The notes: generated by a model from the sequence alone, not told the origin. 64,000 nt of DNA from Eledone cirrhosa (GCA_964016885.1 OZ024741.1:52638001-52702000), one strand, 5' to 3'. Positions 1 through 14,333 are shown, numbered from the stretch's first letter. Numbers and translations: made by a program.

Positions 1-485
1 AAGTGTAAACAAACTGCTCGTAGGTGCTGTCAGATATACGTTAACATGTGTAGACGAAGTGTAACTGGAAGTTTGGACGTATTATACCACTTTCAAATTG
101 CCCCTTATTATATTCAAACAGGTAAAAGTGTAAAAGAGTAAACTATTCAAATAAGTCATGCACACTGATAATACACGGAGTCGCACACTTACACTCAGGA
201 ACAAAATATATACTATTCCAAAACACATACCCTCTTCCCAGAAACTAATATAAAATAAAAGCAACATACACACTCACATATCACACCTCATCCCTACACC
301 CATAATAGCAACAATGATAGACCCGGACTTTACTATAAACCTTACCCACTCTGATTTCTTTGCCTTCAACCTTCCAACCTCCGTTTCCTCCTCTTTCCCA
401 ATGAAGAGCTAACGTCCGATATGTTGAGCTATTCGTTTTCCTTTTTACACAAGCGAGCAATATGGAAATACTTTGTATAATTGTT

Positions 486-518
<33 letters not shown>

Positions 519-1031
519 GCGCGCGCGCACACACACACATATATATATATATACAAACACATACAGATATATATGAAATACAAGACCCGGCAAAAGGCGG
601 AGGAACTTAGCAGAGTCAACGGCCATCCAAATAGTATTTTTTTTCTTCTTCACCTGGGAGTGAAAGGCCCCCAGTTGTTGTCACAAAACCTTTTCTAGGA
701 GAAGGAAACCCTGAAAAATAACAAAACAAACCTCCGGTTTCGGAAGAATCCGATGATGTTGACCAGTTCTCCCTTTTGGGTAGTGTTTTCGATGCCCAGG
801 GAGTGGGATTTGTCGAGTGCAAGGCCTTTCCCCACTTAAAAAAATCTTCAAAGCACAGGCATTGCTTGTTCAGTATATGTTACAGGTTCGTGTGGCTGGC
901 CGTAGACTAAAGGTGCACCAAACTCTATAATCTGACAAGCGATTGCAATAGTCTTAGCAGAGTTTACAGCCATAATATACATACATACATATATATATAT
1001 ATATATGTATATGATTCTATGGACATAGTTT

Positions 1032-1114
<83 letters not shown>

Positions 1115-1123
1115 CTATATATA

Positions 1124-1737
1124 TGGTGGCTGCCAACTCGTTTTCGAGTACGGCCACTACTTTATATCCATGTAGGAGAACCCCTACCGATGCGCTGAAC
1201 GAGTGTGACTTTTTAGTCAAGCCAGCGACTTGAAAACTCTGGTACAAACACTACATTTGTGACAATTATTGACACATATTGCTGTGCCCATGGTACCATG
1301 TGATGGCAAGTGCAGAGAGATCTCCAGATATAAAGCAATGCCTGTGCCGTGAAGCTTTTATAGTGAGCAAAGGCACTGCACAAAGCCAGTCCCACTCTCT
1401 TAGCCAAGATGATATTTACCAAAAAGAAGAACAAGTCAACATCATTGGATACCATCAGGGTTGTAGGTGTTATATCAGAGTTTTCCTTCTCCTAGAATTC
1501 TGCCTTGACAAAGGCTAAGGGGTCATCTCTCCCGGTGATTTTGGATGGCCATTGACTCTTAAGAGCTCCTTTGCCCTTTGACATGTTTTGTTTTTAGTCC
1601 TGCAGGATGTCCAAAGTCACCCTCCTCACCAAGAAACCTTGGTGGGGTTGCCAGTTTAGTCGCCCACGACCCGACCATGGGACAGGTTGTACTGTACTGG
1701 GATACATGTTACCAGTAGCACCAACTGGTGACCTGGC
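1124..1737 (-). mobile_element. ~610-bp non-autonomous retroposon (RTE-related SINE-like family) in (TA)n
   Basis: Near-identical inverted copy at 24827-25436. Related segments at 580-970, 25610-25979, 32622-33030, 44310-44640 and 57418-57975. Several copies end in GCAGCCA(T/C)CAT followed by (TA)n or (CAT)n. The RTE link and the orientation are inferred. Confidence 0.65.
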
Positions 1738-1976
1738 ATATATATATACATATATACATACATATATATTTATATATATACGTATAATGTAGGTTATTCA
1801 ACAATGAAAGATGAAAATTCTTTTATTTTAGTCCATTCGTTTGATCGATACCGGGGTGAGCTCTATAATATCGATAAAGACGTCGAGCCAATCGTCTGTG
1901 AAACTTCATTATCGTATACAGTATCCATCATATACATCCCTCTCTCTCTCTGTCTCAATATATATATATATATATA

Positions 1977-3110
1977 TACGATATTAAACAAATGGAAACT
2001 ATATTTATAAAACCATATTTATTTCGTTATATATATTTCTGGAATATCATATTAAAAATATGGTATGCCTTCCTCAGACAAAATACAATACATAAGCTGT
2101 TTTATAAATAATTATTGACATACCTTATAATAATGCAACTTCCATTTAAAAAGTTGATTTGGTAGTGAAACTGTTATGACAGTTATATAGAAAGAAAAAC
2201 GAAGATGAGAAGAAGATGAAGAGATGTATGTAAATAAAAAAAAAAAATAAAAAAAAAAGAAAGAAGAAGATGAAGAGATGTATGTAAATAAAAAAAAAAA
2301 ATAAAAAAAAAAGAAAGAAGAAGATGAAGAGATGTATGTAAATAAATAAATAAATAAAAAAAAAATAAAAAAAAGATGAAGAGATGTATGTAAAGAAAAA
2401 CAACAGAGCGAGATAGAGAGACAGGGAGATATGGGAGAGAGAAATACATTGAGGAAGTGAAAAAATATATAGTAGGCAGCTTTTGGACAAATGATCATCG
2501 TATATGTGAGAGGTTAAGGAGGGAAGGGATACAGTTAAACTAGCCGACTGACGTGATTTATGTGTCGGCTAGTTTAACTGTATCCCTTCCCTCCTTAACC
2601 TCTCACATATACGATGATCATCTGTCCAAAAGCTGCCTACTATATATTTTTTCACTTCCTCAATGTATTTCTCTCTCCCATATCTCCCTGTCTCTCTATC
2701 TCGCTCTGTTGTTTTTCTTTACATACATCTCTTCATCTTTTTTTTATTTTTTTTTTTTTATTTATTTACATACATCTCTTCATCTTCTTCTTCTCATCTT
2801 CGTTTTTCTTTCTATATAACTGTCATAACAGTTTCACTACCAAATCAACTTTTTAAATGGAAGTTGCATTATTATAAGGTATGTCAATAATTATTTATAA
2901 AACAGCTTATGTATTGTATTTTGTCTGAGGAAGGCATACCATATTTTTAATATGATATCCCAGAAATATATATAACGAAATAAATATGGTTTTATAAATA
3001 TAGTTTCCATTTGTTTAATATCGTAAACCTACTCCAGAAACTGTTGAGTGCTTTTATATCAGTTATAAAATATTTACTCGTTGTAACCCAACAATCTTAA
3101 ATAAAACTTT

Positions 3111-3113
<3 letters not shown>
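1977..3113. mobile_element. PLE-type fold-back insertion with a hammerhead in each arm
   Basis: Arm 1977-2548 is the reverse complement of ~2564-3025; only the right arm continues to 3113. Flanked by (TA)n. Same family at 11062-11352, 34740-34870 and 53444-53800. Confidence 0.8.
2919..2980 (+). ncRNA. Type I hammerhead ribozyme motif (mirror copy at 2022-2083, - strand)
   Basis: ttttgt-CTGAGGA-long stem II-GAAA-tatata-TA-acgaaa; stem I ttttgt/acgaaa; palindromic stem III. Confidence 0.75.
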
Positions 3114-3190
<77 letters not shown>

Positions 3191-3214
3191 AACATATATA
3201 TATATATATATATA

Positions 3215-3289
<75 letters not shown>

Positions 3290-3310
3290 ATATATATATA
3301 TATATATATA

Positions 3311-3342
<32 letters not shown>

Positions 3343-3346
<4 letters not shown>

Positions 3347-3517
3347 AAAAGCGTCAGGAACCCGACGGCTGAGCTCCGGCCGTTTCGACAGCTAGATCTG
3401 AACGGAGCTCAGCCGTCGGGGTCCTGACTCTTTACCTATTACCCACTCTACTACCCTAAGTATTGAGTACTCTGGTGCGTTATGGTCCACCTAGTTCCTT
3501 ACCGCACTCCCTTCGTT
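3343..3517. mobile_element. Short PLE-type fold-back module containing a hammerhead 3' half
   Basis: 3343-3377 pairs with 3404-3438; flanked by TA tracts; same family as 48980-49170 and 53841-54197. Confidence 0.65.
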
Positions 3518-3528
3518 ATATATATATA

Positions 3529-6500
3529 CTAGCAGAAGTACACGGCGTTGCTCGGGTGTAAGTCGACCTTTGCTCTGTTGTTAAAATGTGTGAAAGTTAC
3601 TTCCCGCGCATCACAGGTGCCAAAACTTTCGAACCTGAAGGAAAACAACAGCGGTGTGTAATCGAGCATAAATAATGGATCAATTGTAGGTTCACAGTGT
3701 ATCGTTGAATTTGTTCGTTGAATTTGTTCTTTGCACGACTGACGGAAGTCAAATTCACTTGAAATTGAATTTTCAGTTGATTTTTAAAGCACGGTGAAAA
3801 AGTCGATTTTTTCACAGTTTTTTTTTACAATTTTCGCGCTCACATGTGCAGAAGAAGAAATAAAAGGGACTTTATCTGAACCGCGGCATAATGGCGAGTC
3901 TTTTGCGACAGTTTTCAAGAAAATCGGACGTTCCTGTAAAAGGTTTTCCCATGTGCAACTTTGCCTTGTTTTTTGCACAAAGTCGAACCCCCGCTTCAGT
4001 TTTATTGATTTTTCACATGAATGCGTGACCTCTGAAGTAGATTTGAGTAGCTAAAAACCTGTCCCGGTAAATTTGCTATAGGTGAAAAAAAGTTGATCAA
4101 AATTGTGTCTAGGGTTATTGCCCTTTGCAACAGCCTCAACGTGTCTTCAAGTATGGTTTGTTAATTTGTTGTGGAACTAAATCGACTTTTGTCAAATCGG
4201 ACCGAGGAAACAATGTCTCCATTTGTCTTTCTAGCTGGTGTACCCGGTTACAGTCGGGGTTATAAGGCGTTGGATTTAAACGGGTCTGCGCTAAATTCCA
4301 GCAGGATGCTTTAACCGAAATGAAGAACAAACGTTTCTTTTTGTGCTCCAATCTATGATATTGGTATTTTGAAAAAATAGTCCACAAACATCCATGGAGC
4401 ATGTGTAACGCATGTATCAGGTTATGAGAAAAAGGGTTTTCGATTCTCCATTCATAAGATACCAAAACATTGTACGCAAATAAACCGGGATTTTAAGGCA
4501 CTGCCCAATTCATAGCTGAAAGGTAAGAATCAAGTGGAATAATGTTTTGCGACATTTTCAAATGTACAACCGTACAAAAGCAAAGGATATAGCCATTGAA
4601 ATCTAGGTAGACCAAAGAATTTGGTGAGGTTGTATATCAGAAGGTTGTTTTCCTTGTGATTCGCGTCTAGCCTACAAAGTGAAGTTAGATGATTGTAGTC
4701 GATGTTGTATCAATAACAAATAAAAGCATACGGAAGACTGAACACTTACGAATTAAGTCAAAATCACGTTGATATTCCTATCGGAGCAACATGTGCCGAA
4801 AAACCTGACGGACTGTGTCAATATTGAAATCGTAGAAATTGCAAATCCCGACCTCTAAGATGTAATGGATAGGCCTTGGAGGTGAAGTGGAAGAATTGGT
4901 ACAATTGTTTTGCTGAACATGTTGACCATGAATTTAAATAGACTTACGCAGCATCATTGTGCGGTTTGTTGTATATGGCCTAGAATGAGGGCCAGTTAAA
5001 CGCGGCAGAAAAATAAGCCATGCTGATGATGTTTAGGGGCGTCGCAGGGAATAGATGCGGCGTTGTGAGTCAATTGTGAGGACAGTGGAAGGCACGCTGA
5101 TCGCTCGATAAGACGCGATGCTACAAAGGATGCTTCTCGGCCATAATTGACAGAAAGGCATGTCAGGAGAAATGAAAGAGTTGCTATTCATCCTTTGCTT
5201 AGCATGAGGAACATGTAATTAAAAAGATTTACCATGGACTATCTTGTACGTTGGTATTGCGTTTAGCCTGCGAAAATCGGTGGTCAAATGGGGCAACAAT
5301 AAGCCATGCTGATGACGTTTAAGCAGGTCGCAAGGAATTGATGCGGCATAGATAGCCATGGGAGTCTTGAAAGAGCAGGAAAAAGAAAGGGCCGAGAAGG
5401 GGATGGTGGCTGAAAGTGAATGGATGCGGCATCCTGAGGCATGACGATGCAGTGGGACGATGGACAGCAGGCAAGGAAGAGGGCAGGGGTGGACGGTGGC
5501 AAGGATGCCGCATAGTGAGCCATGGGAGTCTTGATGGAGCACTGCGGGCAGGCAAAAGAAAGGGCCGAGGAGGGGATGGCGGCTGACAGAATATTGATGC
5601 GGCATGGTGATGCATGACGATGCAGTGGGACGACGGCGTGCAGGGAACGGAGAGGGCAGGGGTTGACGGTGGCAGGTATGCGACTTGGTCTCTCAAGACT
5701 GCCATGGCAGTGGAAAGGGTCGGGGAGTGGATGGCGGCTGACAGGGAAGGGATGCAACATGATGAGGCATGATGAAAGGGCAGGGTGCATGACGGCTGAC
5801 AGAGCGTGGATGCGGCATGCCAATTGAGTTGCACCTCGGGAATCTAGAGAGCACTGGGGGGCACGATGATTGTTTGAGAAAACCGGTAGCAAGGCAGGAT
5901 GTTTATCGGCCATACATGATCGGTAGTCTTAATTTTGTTAAATATGTTCAAAATGAATGTAAAAAGACTTACACAGGATCGTCTTCATGTTCGGTGCTGT
6001 CTTTGGTCTGACATAATGGGCGGTTATGTGCGGAGCAGGAATAAACCATGCTGATGACATTTGAGCAAGTTGCTGACAGAGCAGGAATGCCGCATGGTGA
6101 GCCATGGCAGTCGTGAGGGACCAAGGCGTGCGGGCAAGGGAGAGGGCAGGGGTTGACGGAGCACGGCGGGCAGGCAAAATAAAAGGCTGAGGAGGGGATG
6201 GCGGCTGACAGATCATGGATGCGGCATGGTGAGGCATTACGATGCAGTGGGTCGACGGCGTGCAGGGAAGGGAGATGGTCGGGATTGACGGTTGCAGGGA
6301 TTCCGCATGGTGAGCCAAGGCGTGCGGGTAAGGGAGAGGGCAGGGGGGCGCATGGCGGCTGATAGAGCATGGATGCGGCATGGTGAGGCATGACGATGCA
6401 GTGGGACGACGACATGCAGGGAAGAGAGAGGGCAGGACTTGATGGTGGCAGGGATGCGGCTTGGTTAGGCATGGCAGTTTTGAAGGAGCACGACGGGCAG

Positions 6501-7540
6501 GCAAAATAAAAGGCTGAGGAAGGGATGGCGGCTGACAGATCATGGATGCGGCATGGTAAGGCAATACGATGCAGTGGGTCGACGGCGTTCAGGGAAGGGT
6601 GAGAGAAGGGTTTGACGGTGGCAGGGATGCGGCTTGGTCAGGCATGGAAGTCTTGAGCTTTCTCGGAGTGTAGGCAATGGAAATGGGCAGGGGTGGACGG
6701 TGGCAGGGATTCGGCATGTTGAGCCGTGAAAGTCCTTAGGGACCACGGAGGGCAGGCAATGGAAAGGGCCGGGGAATAAATTTCGGCTGACAAGGCAGTG
6801 GGTCGACGGCGTGCAGAGAAGGGAAAGGGCAGGGGTTGACGGATGCCTCATTATGCTACGGTAGTGGGACCACGGGAATGAAGAGAACGCATGGAGGCTC
6901 GATGATCGCTTGAGAAGACTGGGCGCAATGCAGGATGATGCGCGGCGGTATAGTCTTGATACTCCTTATATAAGAAATGGAAGAATCGGCATAAAAGGTT
7001 TGCTGAATATGGTGAGCGTTAATTTAAAGAGACTTACGGTGGATAATCCTGATAGATTGAGCGTTTTTTGCATGGCAGGAGTCGCGACAAATGAAAGCAA
7101 GAAGAATGGCGTTTTTCGGTTGCCGGAGTTTTGCCTCTGGGGGTCTGATTATCGATTCTTTTGAAAATTTCAATTACCCCACGTTGATCCCCGCATCAAA
7201 ATACATAGCTACGTCAAATTTCATTGGAATCGGACAAATTTAGTAAATATGGATTTTTGCCTCTGGTGATCCAATTATCGATTCTTCGAAAATTTAATGT
7301 AGCCCACGTTCATCCACAGATCAAAGTACACACTTGCGTCGAGTTTCATCGAAATCGGACGATTTTTGGCTTCTGGGGGCCTGATTATCGATTTTTCGAA
7401 AATTTCAAGTAGCCTATTCCAATCTACGGGTCGAGTTTTATATATGTGTCAAGCTTCATGAAAATCAGATGAACGGTGTAGCCTGCAAGTTCGGGACACC
7501 AAACAAACAAACAACGCCCAACTTCACTTTATATATAAGA
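3529..7540 (-). mobile_element. Non-autonomous Helitron-like element
   Basis: The minus strand starts TCTTATATATAAAG...(GTTT)n at 7540 and ends with the subterminal hairpin acccgagcaacgccgtgt followed by acttctgCTAG|T at 3529. No TSD and no Rep/helicase ORF. Three ~115-bp tandem units lie at 7130-7470. Confidence 0.7.
5340..6860. repeat. GC-rich modular minisatellite inside the Helitron
   Basis: Recurring blocks ggatgcggcatggtgaggcatgacgatgcagtggg(a/t)cgacggcgtgcaggg, gggcaggggttgacggtggca and gatggcggctgacaga. Confidence 0.8.
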
Positions 7541-7552
7541 AATAATATATGT

Positions 7553-7649
<97 letters not shown>

Positions 7650-8210
7650 GATATATGTGTGTATGTGTGAGCGCGTGTGTGAATTTGCGTGCGTTCCTGT
7701 GATGCAAGAAAAGTGGTGTAGAAGAGGAAAATAGTGAGTGGGACAGATAGAGAGAGGGGTGAGGGTGAGAGGGAGAGAGAGAGAGAGATGAAGGGAAAGA
7801 ATAAATGTGAAATGGTAAGAGTGTTACAGTGATGATGGAGGTGGGGAGGATATTAGATTAAGACAAGTTTGGCCGGGTCAGTAACTATATACAATGTTGT
7901 ATGTACAGACTTTCAGAATCAGATTGGCGTGTTGGTGTGCTGGACATACACACACACACACATACACATACACACACACATACACGCATATACACCCCCC
8001 CCCACACACACACATACACGCATATACCCCCCCACACACACACACATACACACACACACATATATACACACACACAAATATATACGCACACACACACACA
8101 CACATATACTTTGGGTTATTGTATCCAGGTATTCGTCTTGTTTATCTTGAAATATATATATGTACCTAGGCATGTAACTATATACATATATTGCCCATAT
8201 ATATATATAT

Positions 8211-8413
8211 ATAGTTTTAATATAGAAGAGATTCTACAGGACTAGAACTGTTTCATTCATTAGAAATCATCAGGAATCTCAGATTCCTGATGATTTCTAA
8301 TGAATGAAACAGTTCTAGTCCTGTAGAATCTCTTCTATATTAAAACTGTTATACTCTGCTATGTATTGAGTACCTTACTTACTGTGGTTACCTCCGATTC
8401 AACCCGGAATAAC

Positions 8414-8414
<1 letters not shown>
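8211..8414. mobile_element. PLE-type fold-back module with hammerheads at 8229-8279 (-) and 8281-8331 (+)
   Basis: Palindrome centred on 8280; agattc-CTGATGA-tttctaatgaat-GAAA-cag..ctg-TA-gaatct. Family copies at 48810-48937, 61372-61496 and 62929-63055. Confidence 0.75.
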
Positions 8415-8465
<51 letters not shown>

Positions 8466-8505
8466 ATACGTATGTATACATATAAATATATATATATATA
8501 TACAT

Positions 8506-8540
<35 letters not shown>

Positions 8541-9268
8541 CATATAAATATATATATATGTGTGTTTGTGTGTGTGTGTGTATTGTGATCGTGTGTGTGT
8601 AGTGTACGTGTATGTGTTTGTTAGTGCGTACGTAATGTAATATAACTCTTTCAGCCGGAAATATAACTAACTGAAATTCGAGTTTCTTCAACAAGCGTGG
8701 ACACGTTCGAACCACGTTTGATTCATCTATTGACCATTTTAGTTGGATACACAATAAAGAATATGGGGGGCGGAATATGAACTTCCGATTGGTCAGCGTT
8801 GACGTGATGTTAATGTAGAGAAAATAATGATTATACTGTTATACGTTAAATTTATGTATAATGAAATTGAGAATAAAATTTAGATGCTTTAAGAGGAATA
8901 GCACGCAAATGGTTTCTGCCTGCTAACTACCTAAAAATGTGTAGGTTATCATCTGTAATTATCTACATTTGATTTTCCATTGCATTAGTTATATCACACG
9001 TTTCAACCTACATTCAAGGGACGAATCTTTCTTGATATTAACAGCATATTAATGCGAAATTCAAGTGAACTATTAAGAAAACCATCATATTCAGTGTGCC
9101 ATGTGTGCAGCTAAGATGGCCAATCGTTGTTTCATATGTAATTCAAACGGGACAACACGTAGTGAAATTCAGCGTTTTGGTTCCCACATACTGAATGTAA
9201 TTATCTGTCAATAAATAAATGAATCTCTCTCTTACTCTCTCTCTCCCTCCTCTCCCTCCTCTCTCTCC

Positions 9269-9360
<92 letters not shown>

Positions 9361-9365
<5 letters not shown>

Positions 9366-10405
9366 TTAATATAAATAAATATATGATAAACATAAATATT
9401 TTTGGAGGTCTGGTGTACAAGCGCAAACGCACGTGGTTTTCCAGCTCACTAGCTAACCCCATACTCATGGTGCTAGAAATAACAGCCGTTTATACGGGAT
9501 TAAAATTTAGCACAGCAAAAGGAGCCGTAATATTATATTATATTTAGAGTTATAAACTCAAACAGTCCATTACAATTAATTAGCTCAAAGAAAGAAGCAT
9601 TTCTGAGCCGTGAAATACAAGTTAATATAAATTAATATATGATAAACACATAAGTGTTTGTATTGTAAATGACCAATTTAGCTAGAATGAAATAAACTAA
9701 TTCAAATAAATATAGTTTGCCTGTCTCGATTTAAAATAATAAATCAATAAAAACAAACCCATATTGGCAATAACCGTGATACCTGGACAAATTTAAATTT
9801 CAAAATCCAAACCTGTTCCGCAGACAAATTTGAATTTCAAAGCCCAAATAAGTTTCGCAACGATAGTATAAAAAAGTGAAAGATTCCATTTTCTGTGTTC
9901 ATCAACAGGTATCCAGAAAATTAGGATGTTTCACCTCGAAATATATTTGGAGGTCTGGTGTACAAGCGCAAACGCACGTGGTTTTCCAGCTCACTAGCTA
10001 ACCCCATACTCATGGTGCTAGAAATAACAGCCGTTTATACGGGATTAAAATTTAGCTCAACAAAAGGAGCCGTAATATTATATTATATTTAGAGTTATAA
10101 ACTCAAACAGACCATTACAATTAATTAGCTCAAAGAGAAAAGCATTTCTGAGCCGTGAAATACAAGTTAATATAAATTAATATATGATAAACACATAAGT
10201 GTTTGTATTGTAAATGACCAATTTAGCTAGAATGAAATAAACTAATTCAAATAAATATAGTTTGCCTGTCTCGATTTAAAATAATAAATCAATAAAAACA
10301 AACCCATATTGGCAATAACCGTGATACCTGGACAAATTTAAATTTCAAAATCCAAACCTGTTCCGCAGACATATTTGAATTTCAAAACCCAAATAAATTT
10401 CGCAA

Positions 10406-10410
<5 letters not shown>
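9361..10410. repeat. Head-to-tail duplication of a ~546-bp unit between (TA)n tracts (pLTR-like)
   Basis: ttggaggtctggtgtacaagcg occurs at 9401 and 9947. Motifs (tgctagaaataacag, ctgagccgtg) are shared with the tandem at 52615-53325. Confidence 0.75.
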
Positions 10411-10465
<55 letters not shown>

Positions 10466-10633
10466 GTTCTCTCTACATGGCTGAATACAATAAATGTAAT
10501 CTGAGTTTTTCATGCCAACACAAGAGCAAGAATGAAGGGTTCATTCTACTGACATGGCTTTAAAAATGAGGCTTGTTCGCATAATTGCAAGAATGTTATT
10601 ATTAATATTCGAAAAACTCAGATTACATTTATA

Positions 10634-10689
<56 letters not shown>

Positions 10690-10780
10690 TAGTACAATAT
10701 ATATATACATATATAGCTAATACAATGAAATACCCTATCGGGTCACATTCCACAACAAAAATATATCTTTTTGTCACATC

Positions 10781-10872
10781 ACCAGTCTGAGGAGCAGATC
10801 GATATTGGAGTCGGGTCCATAACCCCTATGGGTTACCTTGAGCCAATCGTCTGTGAAACGCGCGTAACCGGT
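10781..10872 (+). ncRNA. Type I hammerhead ribozyme motif
   Basis: accagt-CTGAGGA-gcaga...tctgt-GAAA-cgcgcg-TA-accggt. Confidence 0.7.
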
Positions 10873-10926
10873 CGATACGCAACATATATTTTTCATATGT
10901 AAACAAAACTTCCTCGTTTTTTCAAT

Positions 10927-11055
<129 letters not shown>

Positions 11056-11061
11056 TATATG

Positions 11062-11346
11062 TACAATGATACTTAATAAATGGAAACTATATTTATAAAA
11101 CCATATTTATTCTATTGTATATATTTCAAGCGTACCAAAACTTTGGTATGCTATCATCAGATAAAATACGAAGTGTGTTTTATAAATGTTGACATAACCA
11201 AGGAAAATATACCTTAACGGTTCAAGTTTTCCTTGAATATTATACTCCAGAAAAGTGTCGAGTACTCTGAATAAGTTATAAACATTTATATTTGTTGAAT
11301 TACCAACAAATATAAATGTTTATAACTGATTCAGAGCACTTCTCAG

Positions 11347-11352
<6 letters not shown>
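11062..11352. mobile_element. PLE 3'-end fragment in two non-overlapping, oppositely oriented pieces; damaged hammerhead at 11111-11165 (-)
   Basis: 11065-11200 resembles the reverse complement of 2880-3020, and 11240-11315 resembles 3030-3105 in direct orientation. Confidence 0.6.
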
Positions 11353-11445
<93 letters not shown>

Positions 11446-11454
11446 ATATATATA

Positions 11455-12260
11455 AATATGAGAAGAATGGTGTGCTGCGTGGTTGCACATGGGTTACATA
11501 TGAATAAAATTAGTCCTTCATCAGTGATTTTCCAACCTTCATTGGTATTTCATCGCTTTAAAAATCATATACATCTAGTTGGTGCGAGCAATAGCTAAAT
11601 AAAGCTATTGGGACAAGTAATATAGCGTGAAGCGAGCGAGACATGTAAACAAACAAAGATGGTATTGCAACGGAGAGATAGGAAGAAACAAGTCCATGAT
11701 ATCTATTAAGTTTAAGCTTGGTGAATTCATAGGCGAGAGAGATATACAGACCATCCGACATGGGTGAGATATGAGCGAGAAAAGGATTTCACACAGGTCG
11801 GACGGGAGGAAGTGAGAGAGTGAGTGAGTGGAAGTGTGAGGAAGAGGCCAGTCGAGAGAGAGTGTGACTGACAGAAGGGGTAAAAGAAGGTGAGAGATAC
11901 AGAGAGAAGGGGAAGCCGTAAGAAAGAAACTGACAATCGCAGATGAGGAAAAAATATAAATATGAGAAGAATGGAATGCTGCGTGGTTGCACATGGGTTA
12001 CATATGAATAAAATTAGTCCTTCATCGGTGATTTTTCAACCTTCATTGGTATTTCATCGCTTTAAAAATCATATACCTCTAGTTGGTACGAGCAATAGCT
12101 AAATAAAGCTATTGGGACAAGTAATATAGCGTTAAGCGAGCGAGACATGTAAACAAATAAAGATGGTATTGCAACGGAAAGATAGGAAGAAACAAGTCCA
12201 TATCTATTAAGCTTAAGCTTGGTGAATTCATAGGCGAGAGAGATATACAGACCATCCGAT
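11455..12260. repeat. ~300-bp direct repeats flanking a ~200-bp core (pLTR-like) in (TA)n
   Basis: 11455-11760 is nearly identical to 11958-12260. Confidence 0.75.
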
Positions 12261-12280
12261 ATACCTATATCTATATATAT

Positions 12281-12673
<393 letters not shown>

Positions 12674-13006
12674 TGTTGAGAAGTGACACACGAGTTGATA
12701 TATATTAGGAAAATAATAAAAAAAATTAGAAAATGCTAATAGGATTTTCTCATAGAATAACAGCAAAACATAAAAAAAAAAGTAATTCATAGTAAAGTAA
12801 TTTTCAGTCAATAAATATTTCGACTTCTTCATGCTACAGGAAAGATGATAACAAATATATAATAAAATTAAGGTGTATATTAATAGAAGAGGATATTAAA
12901 GTAAGTAGTTTACATATATATAAAAATTCACATTTTCGTTTATCAATTTCTCTCACTCTTCCTTAGTGGCAGCTAAAATAGAAGTTGGGTTATCCCCTGC
13001 TACTGT

Positions 13007-13090
<84 letters not shown>

Positions 13091-13091
<1 letters not shown>

Positions 13092-13342
13092 CGTTGGTAG
13101 AAATCCGTAGATGAAAGATCAAGGAAAACAGTGCTCGATCTGCTGGAAGAGTGTTTATTTAGTGCAAATAAAGGTTCATACACTTAACATGTATGTGCTA
13201 CCAGTGGTTTCGTGGTCCAATCATGGCCAGCACTCTTTAACTGCCTCCACAATTATACAGCGGTGTCCATGGCTGGCCCTCGAAACCATTGGTAGCACAT
13301 ACATGTTAAGTGTATGAAACTTTGTTTACACACACTATAATG
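13091..13342. mobile_element. Fold-back module with hammerhead 3' halves
   Basis: ~13165-13215 pairs with ~13280-13330; ctc-GAAA-ccattgg-TA-gcac. Confidence 0.55.
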
Positions 13343-13358
13343 TATATATATATATATA

Positions 13359-13545
13359 TACACGATGGTCAGCTGAAAAGTTCACAAGGTGAACAAGATA
13401 CTCTTATGGAATGACGAAATAATGTTTATTTTTCATCATAGTCCCTGGAAAGAAGCAATGCAGTTATTAATAAAAAACGAGTTGAAATTAATGCAGGCAT
13501 CAAACCTTTATATTCAGCATATGAACCTTTCAATCGTCGCTCGTA
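13359..13545. mobile_element. Degenerate Tc1/mariner-like MITE
   Basis: Imperfect TIRs TA-cacgatggtcagctgaaaagttca and tgaacctttcaatcgtcgctcg-TA. Confidence 0.45.
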
Positions 13546-13832
13546 TATTTACCCTCTGACTGGTTCTTTTTGCAATTGTTTGGTCTCGAACGATTGCCAG
13601 ACAATAGGATCGATATTATTGTGTATTGAGCAAAGTTATTTTTGTATCTCTGCTCCTAATATTTATAATTTTATTTGAGCTGACTTATGTATCTTGCGAG
13701 GAGCGATTTTTAGCATTCTTGTTGGTCGCCCGTATTCTTCCATTTGGAACGTGATTATACATTTGCTTTGACCGTTTGTGATTTAACTGCATGGCTGACA
13801 GGTGGAGTTATATATATATATAATAAGATGTT

Positions 13833-13929
13833 GCCATCTGAGGATGAACCTAACATCTTAATGATGCCTTTTTTCCAGTAATGGTAATCTGCATCATTTC
13901 TTGTCGGCTCGAAACAGATCTGTCAAGGC
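13833..13929 (+). ncRNA. Type I hammerhead ribozyme motif with long stem II
   Basis: gccat-CTGAGGA-...ggctc-GAAA-cagatctg-TC-aaggc. Confidence 0.65.
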
Positions 13930-14087
13930 CTTAAGAATCGGTATTTACCATCTTCATGTCAGTTCATTGTTTAACTTTCCGCTTTTATTGTGCCTTTATA
14001 TCTATATATCTTGTGCCTTTATATCTATATATCTATACATATATGTATATGTACACAAACACACACGCACACACACGCGCGCACACA

Positions 14088-14225
<138 letters not shown>

Positions 14226-14294
14226 CATACATATATTTGTGAGTGTGTGTGTGTGTAAAAAGAAGAGAGAAAGAGGCGGGTTGGGGAGAAAAAG

Positions 14295-14333
<39 letters not shown>

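Noticed and set aside
395-435. Hammerhead-like atgaagag-ctaacg-tccgat-atgt
   Set aside because: Both core segments are mutated and the stems are not convincing; possibly a decayed PLE end.
5219-6851. Pro/His/Cys-rich ORFs of 100-209 aa
   Set aside because: They are open in several overlapping frames of a GC-rich minisatellite and show no domain motifs.
7130-7470. CRISPR-like or regulatory array
   Set aside because: Whole ~115-bp units repeat without unique spacers, and the context is eukaryotic. No CRISPR array was seen anywhere in the window.
11500-11560. CTGATGA and GAAA on the minus strand as a hammerhead
   Set aside because: The order and stems do not give a valid NUH site.
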